A stretch of 64,000 nt of DNA, from positions 64,469 to 128,468 of the forward strand of contig JAKAPL010000001.1 in assembly GCA_021807105.1 (NCBI GenBank), written 5' to 3'. A program made the translations under genes and the position numbers. The notes below the pieces were generated by a model, which was not told where the DNA came from, searched no databases, and saw only the letters and a list, made by a program, of their open reading frames with translations. The DNA comes from Myxococcales bacterium (GTDB lineage Bacteria; Myxococcota; Myxococcia; Myxococcales; JAKAPL01). How positions within the stretch are numbered: the stretch's first letter is position 1; every line of letters starts with the position of its first letter. Of the stretch, positions 1 through 8,022 are shown piece by piece.

Positions 1-104
1 CCCTCGAGGGCGGCGGCTGGCTCGTGGGCAAGGACGTCGCCATCGACCTCACCCTGGAGATCCTCCCGGCGGCGCCGGCGACTCCGGCGGCGGCGGCGAA
101 GTAG
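1..104 (+). CDS. 3' end of an unidentified CDS (partial, runs off the window start)
   Basis: The frame starting at nt 3 reads LEGGGWLVGKDVAIDLTLEILPAAPATPAAAAK* with GC-rich third positions. TAG at 102-104. Too short to name. Confidence 0.35.
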   Translation, partial: LEGGGWLVGKDVAIDLTLEILPAAPATPAAAAK

Positions 105-272
105 GCAGGCCGGGCCTGCGGGTGAGGCGGCCTCGCCCGTCTCATCCGCAGGCGCCGCAGGCTCCGCAGGCGGCCGGCGCGCGCCCGAAGAGGTGGCGCG
201 TGGGGTGGATGGCCTCTCACCCGGGCCGCCGCCGCGCCACCCCGGGAGCCGCTCTTCCTCGCGGGGCCGCGG

Positions 273-2951
273 CTAGCCCAGCGCCGCCCGCGCGGCGGCG
301 AGGCGCGCCACCGCGATCCGCATGGGCGAGCACGAGACGTAGTCGAGCCCCACCTCGTGGCAGAAGGCGATCGACGCCGGGTCGCCGCCGTGCTCGCCGC
401 AGATGCCGAGGTGGAGGCCGGGGCGCGCCGCGCGGCCCTCCTCCACCGCGAGCTTCACGAGCCTCCCCACCCCTTCGCGGTCGAGCGTCGCGAACGGGTC
501 CGCGTCGTAGATGCCCCGCTCCAGGTAGCTCGCGAGCACCGGCCCCACGTCGTCCCGCGAGAGGCCGAGCGTCGTCTGGGTGAGATCGTTGGTGCCGAAG
601 GAGAAGAACTCCGCGCTCCTGGCCAGATCTCCGGCGACGAGCGCCGCGCGCGGAACCTCGATCATCGTCCCGACCTCGAAGGGGACCGTGCTGCCGCGCT
701 CCGCGAAGACCTGCCGCAGGGCCTCGCGCACCACGGCGGCCTGCGCGTCCAGCTCGCGCCGCTCGCCCACGAGCGGGATCATGATCTCCAACCTCACCGC
801 GATCCCTTCGGCGGCCACGTCGCAGGCCGCCTCCCCCATCGCGCGCGCCTGCATCCCGCTGATCTCCGGGTGGGAGATCCCCAGGCGGCAGCCGCGCAGG
901 CCGAGCATCGGGTTCTTCTCCCGGAGCGCGGCGATGCGGGCGTGCACCCGCGCCGGGGGGAGCGACAGCTCGCGCGCGAGCGCCTCGACGCCGGCGTCGT
1001 CCGCGGGGAGGAACTCGTGCAGCGGCGGATCCAGCAGCCGGATGTTCACCGGCCTGCCATCCATCGCCCGGAAGAGCCCCGCGAAGTCGCCGCGCTGGAG
1101 CGGGAGCAGGACGGCGAGCGCGGCCCGCCGCTCCTCGACCGTCTCGGCGAGGATCATCCGGCGCATCGGGCCGATCCGATCGGCGCCGAAGAACATGTGC
1201 TCCGTCCGGCAGAGGCCGATCCCCTCGGCGCCGAACGCCAGCGCGACCGCCGCCTGATCGGGGAGATCGGCGTTCGCCCGGACGCGCAGCCTCCGGACGC
1301 GATCCGCCCACGAGAGCAGCGTGAGCAGCCGCCGCGCGGTGGGCGCCTCCTCGAGCGGCAGGGACTTCTCGACGAGCGCGCGGACGACCTCCGGCGGCGT
1401 CGTCGCGAGCTTGCCCGAGTAGACGCGGCCGGTGAACCCGTCGAGCGAGAGCCACTCGCCTTCGCCGATGGCGCGGCCGCCGAAGGCCACCCGGCGCGCG
1501 TGCTCGTCCACCCGCGCCGACGAGCAGCCGACCACCGCGACCTTCCCCATCTGCCGCGCGACGAGCGCCGCGTGGGAGGTCATCCCCCCCACCGCGGTGA
1601 GGATCCCCGCGGAGGCGTGCATGCCGCGCACGTCCTCCGGCGAGGTCTCGGCCCGCACCAGGATCACGCTCTCGCCCCTCGCCGCGCGCGCCTCCGCCTC
1701 GGCGGGCGTGAACACGGCGACGCCGCTCGCCGCCCCCGGGCCCGCGGGCAGGCCGCCGCCGAGCACGCGCCCCGCCTTCTCGGCGGCGCGGAGCGCGCCG
1801 GTCTCGAAGGTCGGCCGCAGGACCTGCTCGAGCGCGGCGGGCTCGACCCTCGAGATCGCCTCGCGTTCGTCGATGACCCCTTCCTGCGCCAGGTCGACCG
1901 CGATGCGCACCGCGGCGAAGCCGCTGCGCTTGCCCGACCGGCACTGGAGCATCCAGAGCACGCCGTCCTGGACGGTGAACTCCACGTCCTGCATGTCGCG
2001 GTAATGGAGCTCGAGCCGCTCCCGCGCGGCGAGCAGGTCGGAGTACGCCTCGGGGAAGCGCTTCGCCATCTCCTCGATCGCCTGCGGCGAGCGGATGCCC
2101 GCGACCACGTCCTCGCCCTGCGCGTCCACCAGGAACTCGCCATACAGGCGCGGCTCGCCGGTCGCCGGATCGCGGGTGAAGGCGACCCCCGTGCCGCTCC
2201 TCTCCCCCGTGTTGCCGAAGACCATCGCCTGCACGTTGACCGCGGTCCCCCAGCTCTCGGGGATGCCGTTGAGCTTGCGGTAGGCGATGGCGCGCGCGTT
2301 GTTCCACGAGGAGAAGACCGCCCGCACCGCGCCCAGGAGCTGGTCCATCGGCTCCTCCGGGAGCCGGCCGCCGGGGATCGCGGCCATCTCGTCGACCGCG
2401 CGGGCGAGCGCGTCCTCCGGCGGCGGCGACCCGGCGCGGGCGAGCGCCTCCTCGAACGGCTTGCGCGACATTCCGAGGACCACGTCCGAGTACATGGTGA
2501 TGAAGCGCCGCCGGCAGTCGAGGGCGAAGCGGCGCCCCCGCCACCGCGCGAGGCCGGCCATCTGCGCCGGCCCCAGACCGACGTCGAGCACCGTGTCCAT
2601 CATCCCCGGCATCGAGGCGCGCGCGCCGGAACGGACCGAGACGAGCAGCGGCCGCTCGGGATCGCCGAAGCGCGCCCCCGCGGCCTTCTCCACGCGCGCG
2701 ATCGCCGATCGGATCTCGTCCTCGAGGCCGCCGGGGAGGCGGTTGCCCGCAGCGAAGTACTCGGCGCAGACCGGGGTCCCGATGGTGAACCCCGGGGGCA
2801 CGCGCAGGCCCAGCCGCGACATCTCCGCGAGCCCGGCGCCCTTGCCGCCGAGGAGCTCGCGTTGATCGCCGCGGCCGTCGGCCACCCCGCCGCCGAACGA
2901 GTAGACGCGCTTCTCCGCGGAGGGAGACGCGACGCTTGCGAGGGACGACAT
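273..2951 (-). CDS. ppdK: Pyruvate, phosphate dikinase
   Basis: 892 aa. N-terminal KRVYSFGGG...LLGGKGAGLAEM (ATP-grasp), phosphohistidine motif GGMTSHAALVARQMGK, C-terminal PEP-utilizer region RTEHMFF...NDLTQ...CGEHGGDP. ATG at 2951 is preceded by GGAGGAGG; the longer track ORF start at 3056 is rejected. Confidence 0.95.
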   Translation of the reverse strand: MSSLASVASPSAEKRVYSFGGGVADGRGDQRELLGGKGAGLAEMSRLGLRVPPGFTIGTPVCAEYFAAGNRLPGGLEDEIRSAIARVEKAAGARFGDPERPLLVSVRSGARASMPGMMDTVLDVGLGPAQMAGLARWRGRRFALDCRRRFITMYSDVVLGMSRKPFEEALARAGSPPPEDALARAVDEMAAIPGGRLPEEPMDQLLGAVRAVFSSWNNARAIAYRKLNGIPESWGTAVNVQAMVFGNTGERSGTGVAFTRDPATGEPRLYGEFLVDAQGEDVVAGIRSPQAIEEMAKRFPEAYSDLLAARERLELHYRDMQDVEFTVQDGVLWMLQCRSGKRSGFAAVRIAVDLAQEGVIDEREAISRVEPAALEQVLRPTFETGALRAAEKAGRVLGGGLPAGPGAASGVAVFTPAEAEARAARGESVILVRAETSPEDVRGMHASAGILTAVGGMTSHAALVARQMGKVAVVGCSSARVDEHARRVAFGGRAIGEGEWLSLDGFTGRVYSGKLATTPPEVVRALVEKSLPLEEAPTARRLLTLLSWADRVRRLRVRANADLPDQAAVALAFGAEGIGLCRTEHMFFGADRIGPMRRMILAETVEERRAALAVLLPLQRGDFAGLFRAMDGRPVNIRLLDPPLHEFLPADDAGVEALARELSLPPARVHARIAALREKNPMLGLRGCRLGISHPEISGMQARAMGEAACDVAAEGIAVRLEIMIPLVGERRELDAQAAVVREALRQVFAERGSTVPFEVGTMIEVPRAALVAGDLARSAEFFSFGTNDLTQTTLGLSRDDVGPVLASYLERGIYDADPFATLDREGVGRLVKLAVEEGRAARPGLHLGICGEHGGDPASIAFCHEVGLDYVSCSPMRIAVARLAAARAALG

Positions 2952-3146
2952 GTTCACATCCTCCTCCCGGGGACTCCCGGGACGGAGCATGGTAGCGCCG
3001 GCCGCCGCCGCGTCAACCCGCCTCGCATGGGGCTGACCCACCTTTCGATCCCCCACCCGGCGTCGTCGCTCAACGAGTCCAGCAAGCGGGCGGTTATCTC
3101 AAGAACGATGGGGACGCTCGTCGCCGCGCGCGATCCCGGATGGGGG

Positions 3147-5120
3147 TCACGGAGCGACGAGCGCGGCGACCTGGGTCTCGTCGTCGAAGCCGCCGCCGCC
3201 CGAGAGCCCCCAGAGGGTGACGAGGCAGTCGCCCGCGGCGATCGAGAGGTTTCTGAACGTCTTGAAGACCGGGCGGGTCGCGACGCCGATGCCGCTGCCC
3301 GACAGCGGCACGGAGAGGAGCAGGGTCGCGTCCGGCGGGATCGCGCCGTAGTAGTCGCCGGGGCCGGCGATGCCCGAGGCCACGCCGAACGAGGAGCACT
3401 CCGCGCCGTGGTAGACGTAGAAGTCGTTCTTCGCCGTCCAGGCCCCCGCCGGCGGCGCGCCGAAGGCGCTCGTCCCGTCGAACGTCGTGTCGCTCACGTC
3501 CCCGTACAGCGCCACGAGCCGGGTCGTCTGGCCCACCGGCGTCACCTTCGCGAACGACCGCGAGTCGTCGGTCGTCGCCCGCTGGCAGCCCCAGTCCTGG
3601 CCGAAGCAGAACTCGCCGCCCAGGCCGATGAGCCGCTGCGCGGACGGGGCGGTCGTGTAGTTGAGGGTGAGGTCCGCCGCGGAGGTCATGTCGTGCGCGG
3701 TCGAGACCGGTCCCCCGTTGAGGCCGAGCAGGAGGCAATGGCCGATCGGCAGGCCGCCGGGCAGCGTGAAGTCGAGGGGGAGGCTGAAGGTCCCGTGGGC
3801 CGGCGCCTTGACGATGAACTGCCCGATGCCCACCGCGCCCGGGGGACCGAACTCCGGCGTGGAGGCGGGCCAACGTCCCGCGGGGCAGGCGCCGGACGGG
3901 AGGTCCTGGAGGATGAACAGGACCTCGCTGTAGAGGTCCTGCGACTGGGAGAGGCTCACGCTGCCGGCGAGCGACGAGAAGCTCGCGCCGGCCGGGATCG
4001 GGAAACCGTACCAGGCGGTCGGGAAGCCCGTCGCCTCGACGCGGGCCGAGCCCGCCATCGCGACCGGGCTCGGCCAGACGCAGCCGGCGCCGCCGCAGGC
4101 GCCGGGCCAGACGTAGCCGGCCGTCCCCTGGAGCACGTAGCCGTCCCCCTCCGCCGAGGAGACCTCCGCGCCGCTCTCCGTGTACAGGTGGTCGCCCGTC
4201 GACGCCTGGTAGAGATCGTAGAGCGGCACCGATCCGCAGGCGGCTCCGGTCGCGATCCAGCCGAGCGTCCCCTCGAGGCTCTCCCCGTCGCAGGAGCCGT
4301 CGGTCGTGTAGAGGTGCGCGCCGGCGGACGTCCGGCAGCGGTAGAACGGCAGCAGGCCCGGCTGCGGCGAGTCATAGAGGTAGAAGGCGTCGTAGGTCTC
4401 GACCTGGTAGCCGCAGCAGGAGGCCTCGGCGTCGTCGGTCGTATAGAAGTGGAGGCCGGCGCTCCCGTTGAACGCCCGGTCGACGCCGATCCGGCAGCCC
4501 ATCCGATCGTCACAGACGCCGTCGCAGTCGTCGTCCGCCAGGTTGCAGCTCTCCGGCGGCGGCACGCACGGGCCCCAGGCGCCGCCCGAGCAGCTCGTGG
4601 TCCCGCCGCTCCCGCAGGAGGTCACGCAGGCGGCCGTCGCGCCCGCGAGACAGCCGGCGTCCTGCGGTAGCCCTGCGTCCACGACCGGGAGGGGCGTGCC
4701 CGCGTCCGGGACGGCCGCGTCCCCCACGCCCGCGTCCGCGCTCACCCCCGCGTCGAATCGACCGGCGTCGGGGAGCGCCCCGGCGTCCTCGGGGCCCGCG
4801 TCCGCGCGCGCTCCCGCGTCCCTGGGGCCTCCGTCCCCCGGCGGTCCGCCGTCCTCCAAGGAGCCCCCGCCGTCCTCCAGGGAGCCCCCGCCATCGCCCG
4901 CGAGACCCGCATCCTCGACCCGCCCCCCGTCCGGCGAAGCCCCTCCCTCCACCGGGCCGCCATCCCCGAAGACGCTCCCCTCCCCTCCTCCCGCGTCCGC
5001 GCCCAGCGAGAGGGTCCCCGCGTCCACCCCGACGCCGGCGGCTCCGTCCAGCCCGCCGGAGACCACGGAGGCCACGCAGCCCGTCGAGAGGACCATCGCC
5101 CAGGGCGCCGCCCGCCGCAC
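3147..5120 (-). CDS. Secreted lipoprotein with a D/A/G-rich linker, a Cys-rich CxxDDDCDG motif, HFYTTD/HLYTTD/HLYTES repeats (DUF5648-like) and a C-terminal beta-rich domain
   Basis: Lipobox MVLSTGC near the N-terminus, about 150 aa of low-complexity DAG repeats, then NLADDDCDGVCDD and three (F/L)Y..D repeats. GC-rich third positions. Confidence 0.75.
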   Translation of the reverse strand: MRRAAPWAMVLSTGCVASVVSGGLDGAAGVGVDAGTLSLGADAGGGEGSVFGDGGPVEGGASPDGGRVEDAGLAGDGGGSLEDGGGSLEDGGPPGDGGPRDAGARADAGPEDAGALPDAGRFDAGVSADAGVGDAAVPDAGTPLPVVDAGLPQDAGCLAGATAACVTSCGSGGTTSCSGGAWGPCVPPPESCNLADDDCDGVCDDRMGCRIGVDRAFNGSAGLHFYTTDDAEASCCGYQVETYDAFYLYDSPQPGLLPFYRCRTSAGAHLYTTDGSCDGESLEGTLGWIATGAACGSVPLYDLYQASTGDHLYTESGAEVSSAEGDGYVLQGTAGYVWPGACGGAGCVWPSPVAMAGSARVEATGFPTAWYGFPIPAGASFSSLAGSVSLSQSQDLYSEVLFILQDLPSGACPAGRWPASTPEFGPPGAVGIGQFIVKAPAHGTFSLPLDFTLPGGLPIGHCLLLGLNGGPVSTAHDMTSAADLTLNYTTAPSAQRLIGLGGEFCFGQDWGCQRATTDDSRSFAKVTPVGQTTRLVALYGDVSDTTFDGTSAFGAPPAGAWTAKNDFYVYHGAECSSFGVASGIAGPGDYYGAIPPDATLLLSVPLSGSGIGVATRPVFKTFRNLSIAAGDCLVTLWGLSGGGGFDDETQVAALVAP

Positions 5121-5388
5121 CTCCCCAGGCTAGGCGATCCGCGCGGCGCGGTCCACTGTCGCGCCCTGCCCCGCCCGCTGATTCGCGGCCCGGCGACCGG
5201 AGGGGCGGAGCAGGGCCCGCTCCCGGTTCGAGCCGGAGGACCGCTCCCTCTGCGCGCCTCCGTTCCGGGGGCCGCCACGAGGGCCCCGGCCCGCCCGAAG
5301 GGGAGCGTGGCACGGCCATGCATGGCTGCCGGCAGGGAAGACCCGCTCCCCTGTCCCCCATCCGCCCGCAGCCTCCAGAGGACCCTCT

Positions 5389-5763
5389 CTAAACCTTTGC
5401 GCGGCGAGAGGATTCTCGGAGGTGGTCGATCAGGTACTCCTGGAGAACCAGCGCGCCGTTGTGCTCCGTGTCGCGCGCGCTGTAGAGCAGCGTGACGGGG
5501 CCGCGCCCGGCCGCCTCGAGGATCGGGCGCCAACCCGCCGGATTCTCGTCCAGCTCGCGCCGGTAGCTGAGCCGAAACTCCGCCCACCGCTCCACGCGAT
5601 GGCCGAACCATTGCCGCAGCTCCGTGCTCGGCGCCACCTCCTTCAGCCATCCGTCCAAGGCGAGCGTTTCCTTCTTCATTCCCCGCGGCCAGAGACGCTC
5701 GACCAGCAGCCGCCGGCCGTCTCCTCGTTCCGGCGGATCGTAGGCGCGCTTGATCCGGACCAT
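5389..5763 (-). CDS. DUF488 (YeaO-like) family protein
   Basis: 124 aa MVRIKRAYDPP..GRRLLVERLWPRG..K......WLKEVAPS.ELRQWFGH....W.EF...Y..EL, the typical DUF488 signature. ATG at 5763. Confidence 0.85.
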   Translation of the reverse strand: MVRIKRAYDPPERGDGRRLLVERLWPRGMKKETLALDGWLKEVAPSTELRQWFGHRVERWAEFRLSYRRELDENPAGWRPILEAAGRGPVTLLYSARDTEHNGALVLQEYLIDHLRESSRRAKV

Positions 5764-5954
5764 GGCCACCTCTTCAGGGTGCGTGAGCGGGCCGGCGAAA
5801 GGAAGGCCGCCGGGGAGCGGTCGCGCCACCACGGGGCGAATCTACTTCCCCTGACACCCATCCGCCAGCGAACGTTCGGCCCCTCCACCAGCCACCGGCC
5901 TCGGGGACGTTGCTCGGGAACGGGAGAGGTCACGCTGCTCCCCGCGCGGCTCAG

Positions 5955-6161
5955 CCCGTCTTGTTCACGGTACGGCGTAGCGAGGCGTTCGAGACCGCAG
6001 CCGAGAAGGGCAAGCGCAGCGACGACCGACGAGGCGTGCGTAAAGCACCTCCCCCCAAGTCGTTTGGAGGGTGGCAAGCCCCCCGCAGGAGGAAGGAGCG
6101 AGCACGCCCTTCGCAGGCGCGGGATCGGACGCCGCAGCAGCCGGACCGTGAATAAGACGGG
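5955..6161 (+). mobile_element. Family-A MITE copy A1 (207 bp), flanked by CTCAG/CTCAG
   Basis: Starts CCCGTCTTGTTCACGG and ends CCGTGAATAAGACGGG. 5-bp direct repeats CTCAG at 5950-5954 and 6162-6166. No ORF with coding character. Confidence 0.85.
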
Positions 6162-6166
6162 CTCAG

Positions 6167-6951
6167 GACGGCCATCACGGTCGACGACACGCAAGTCATG
6201 CGCCATGGAAACAGGCTCCAGGGCCAGGGGGGCGGCGTTTGGACCGACGCAGGAGACCCGATCGGCCAAACAGCCGCCACAAACCGCCACGGCGGCGACG
6301 CATCCCCGTCAATCTCCGCATCAAAGCGCCACATTGGCGGCGCACGCGATGACGAACGAAGAGTTTGTCACGACGATGGCGGCGATGCTGGCGGCGCCGG
6401 CGCCATCCTCCTCCAGAATGGCGGCTGCATGAGCGAGATATGGCGGCGCAAACCGCCATCTCCCGCCACCTTGACACCACGTTGGCGGTCGATCTTCGCA
6501 ATGCGACGCCAACCAGAACGATAATGGCGGTTGATGCGACCAGCGTGGCGGTTTGTGGCTCGTCTCTGGCGGCATCGACGCCATGAATGGCGGTTCCATT
6601 CCGAAGCGATGCAACGCGAGCCCGCCTGTAACCGCCATCCACCGCAACTCCGACGCCACATACGCCACAAGCGGCGGCTCCCTCGCGACATCCGACGCCA
6701 CCATGGGCGATGATACCGCCATAAACCGCCATGGATGAACAGACGTCCGTCACATCGCCGCCATCCTTGCTCTCGATGGCGCGACAACAGCTCAGCCAGC
6801 CGCCATCAACCGCGCGAGCAACGCCATTCTTCTCCCACGCGCCGCCAGATGGGCGGCGTCCACCGCCCTACCGGCGACATCCGTCGCCCTCCTCGCCGGG
6901 GAGGCCCCCTTCAGCCGTGCCGCCGCCGCCCGCCACGCGAAGGCGAACGCC
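6167..6951. other. Non-coding island densely populated with TGGCGG / CCGCCA motifs
   Basis: By manual count, 10 x TGGCGG and 11 x CCGCCA (32 hits for the 5-mer core TGGCG/CGCCA) between 6201 and 6952. Many form short inverted repeats. No frame has a convincing ORF, and GC is visibly lower than in the flanks. Confidence 0.6.
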
Positions 6952-6956
6952 ATCAT

Positions 6957-7174
6957 CCCGTCTTATTCACCGTACGGCGTAGCGAGACGTTCGAGACCGC
7001 GAGCCGAGAAGGGCAAGCGAGAGCGACGACCGACGAGGCGGACGTAAAGCCCTTCCCCCCAAGTCGTTTGGAGGGTGGCAAGCCCCCCGCGAGGAGGGAG
7101 GAGGGAGGAGCGAGCCCCCCCTTCGGGAGGCGCGGGATCGGACGTCGCAGCAGCCGGACCGTGAATCAGACGGG
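6957..7174 (+). mobile_element. Family-A MITE copy A2 (218 bp), flanked by ATCAT/ATCAG
   Basis: Same termini and same orientation as A1. Flanking 5-mers at 6952-6956 and 7175-7179 match 4/5. Confidence 0.8.
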
Positions 7175-7265
7175 ATCAGGGATGGGGGACGGCTCCAGCC
7201 GCGGCCTCCTTGCGGGGGTGGCCATGCTTGGCTTAAGTAGGCCGCCTCTTTCTCAAGGAGCGCCC

Positions 7266-7757
7266 ATGCCGTCCTTCGACATCTTCTCCAAGGTCGACCT
7301 CCAGGAGGTCGACAACGCGCTCAACCAGGCGAGCAAGGAGATTGCCCAGCGGTACGACTTCAAGGGGACCGCAACGACGATCGCCTTCGCCCCGGACCAC
7401 AAGGCGATCGTCGTCGAGGCGAACGCGGAAGGGCGGCTCCAGGCGGCGCTCGACGTGCTGCAGGGGCGGCTCGTCAAGCGCGCCGTGCCGCTCAAGGCGC
7501 TCGCCTGGGGGGAGGTCGAACCGATCGGCGGCGGGAAGGTGAAGCAGACCGCGACGCTCCAGCAGGGCATCCCGGTCGAGAAGGGGCGGGAGATCGTGAA
7601 GCAGATCAAGGAGAGCGGCCTGAAGCTCCAGGCGTCGATCCAGGGCGATCAGCTCCGCGTCTCGGGCAAGAGCCGGGATGACCTCCAGGCGTGCATCCAG
7701 CTCGTGCGCGGGACGGACCATGGGATCGACCTGCAATTCGGGAACTTCCGGGACTAG
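7266..7757 (+). CDS. yajQ: YajQ family (UPF0234) nucleotide / cyclic-di-GMP-binding protein
   Basis: 163 aa MPSFDIFSKVDLQEVDNALNQASKEIAQRYDFKG..., the canonical YajQ N-terminus and length. AAGGAG lies upstream of ATG 7266. Confidence 0.9.
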   Translation: MPSFDIFSKVDLQEVDNALNQASKEIAQRYDFKGTATTIAFAPDHKAIVVEANAEGRLQAALDVLQGRLVKRAVPLKALAWGEVEPIGGGKVKQTATLQQGIPVEKGREIVKQIKESGLKLQASIQGDQLRVSGKSRDDLQACIQLVRGTDHGIDLQFGNFRD

Positions 7758-7941
7758 GAGGCTGGTGTGAAATGGCTGCCTGCTGCGAAAGCCGATCCCT
7801 TCGCTCGCGACGGGCGGCCTCGTCGCTTCGCTGCTCAACGTACTGCAAAGAGTACGTTTCCGCTCTTCACTCCTCGGGCGCCCGTCTCGCCTTAGGTCTC
7901 GGTTTTCTCGCGACGGCACCCATTTCACACCAGCCTCCTAG
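7754..7941 (+). repeat. Family-B foldback element copy B1 (188 bp)
   Basis: Perfect 22-bp terminal inverted repeat CTAGGAGGCTGGTGTGAAATGG / CCATTTCACACCAGCCTCCTAG. The whole element is an imperfect palindrome around the central hairpin AACGTACT-GCAAAG-AGTACGTT. The left CTAG contains the yajQ stop codon. Confidence 0.8.
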
Positions 7942-8022
7942 CGTGGGTGAACGAATTCCTTCCCGTCGCCGAGCCGCCGAGCCGGTTCCATCGGCTCCAT
8001 CCCGCCCACGAGGGGTCTTTGC

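Noticed and set aside
357-4670. 1437-aa plus-strand ORF. The same applies to 7947-12854 (+), 9403-13119 (-), 17449-21528 (+), 38437-41490 (+), 217-2544 (-) and other very long track ORFs.
   Set aside because: Their composition is Arg/Ala/Gly/Pro-dominated with no motifs. They lie antisense to, or out of frame with, genes that have clear family signatures (ppdK, the BMC locus, asnS/mla, 5'-nucleotidase). These are the classic stop-codon-poor alternative frames of ~70% GC DNA.
5215-5245. tRNA-like T-loop sequence GGTTCGAGCC in the intergenic region downstream of the lipoprotein gene.
   Set aside because: No acceptor, D or anticodon stems can be drawn around it. It is an isolated chance match.
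5676-6334. Recurrent peptide fragments such as ...SNASLRRTVNKTG / ...PVLFTVRRSEAFETAAEKGKRSDDRRGV seen in several track ORFs (5676-6290, 5951-6334, 23845-24660, 49253-, 55037-55726).
   Set aside because: They are translations of the family-A repeat in various frames and orientations, not a protein family.
5950-7179. MITE A1, the motif island and MITE A2 acting as a composite transposon carrying the island as cargo.
   Set aside because: Each MITE has its own flanking 5-bp duplication (CTCAG/CTCAG and ATCAT/ATCAG). This indicates two independent insertions rather than mobilisation of the whole 1.2-kb unit, which would leave a single duplication at the outer ends only.
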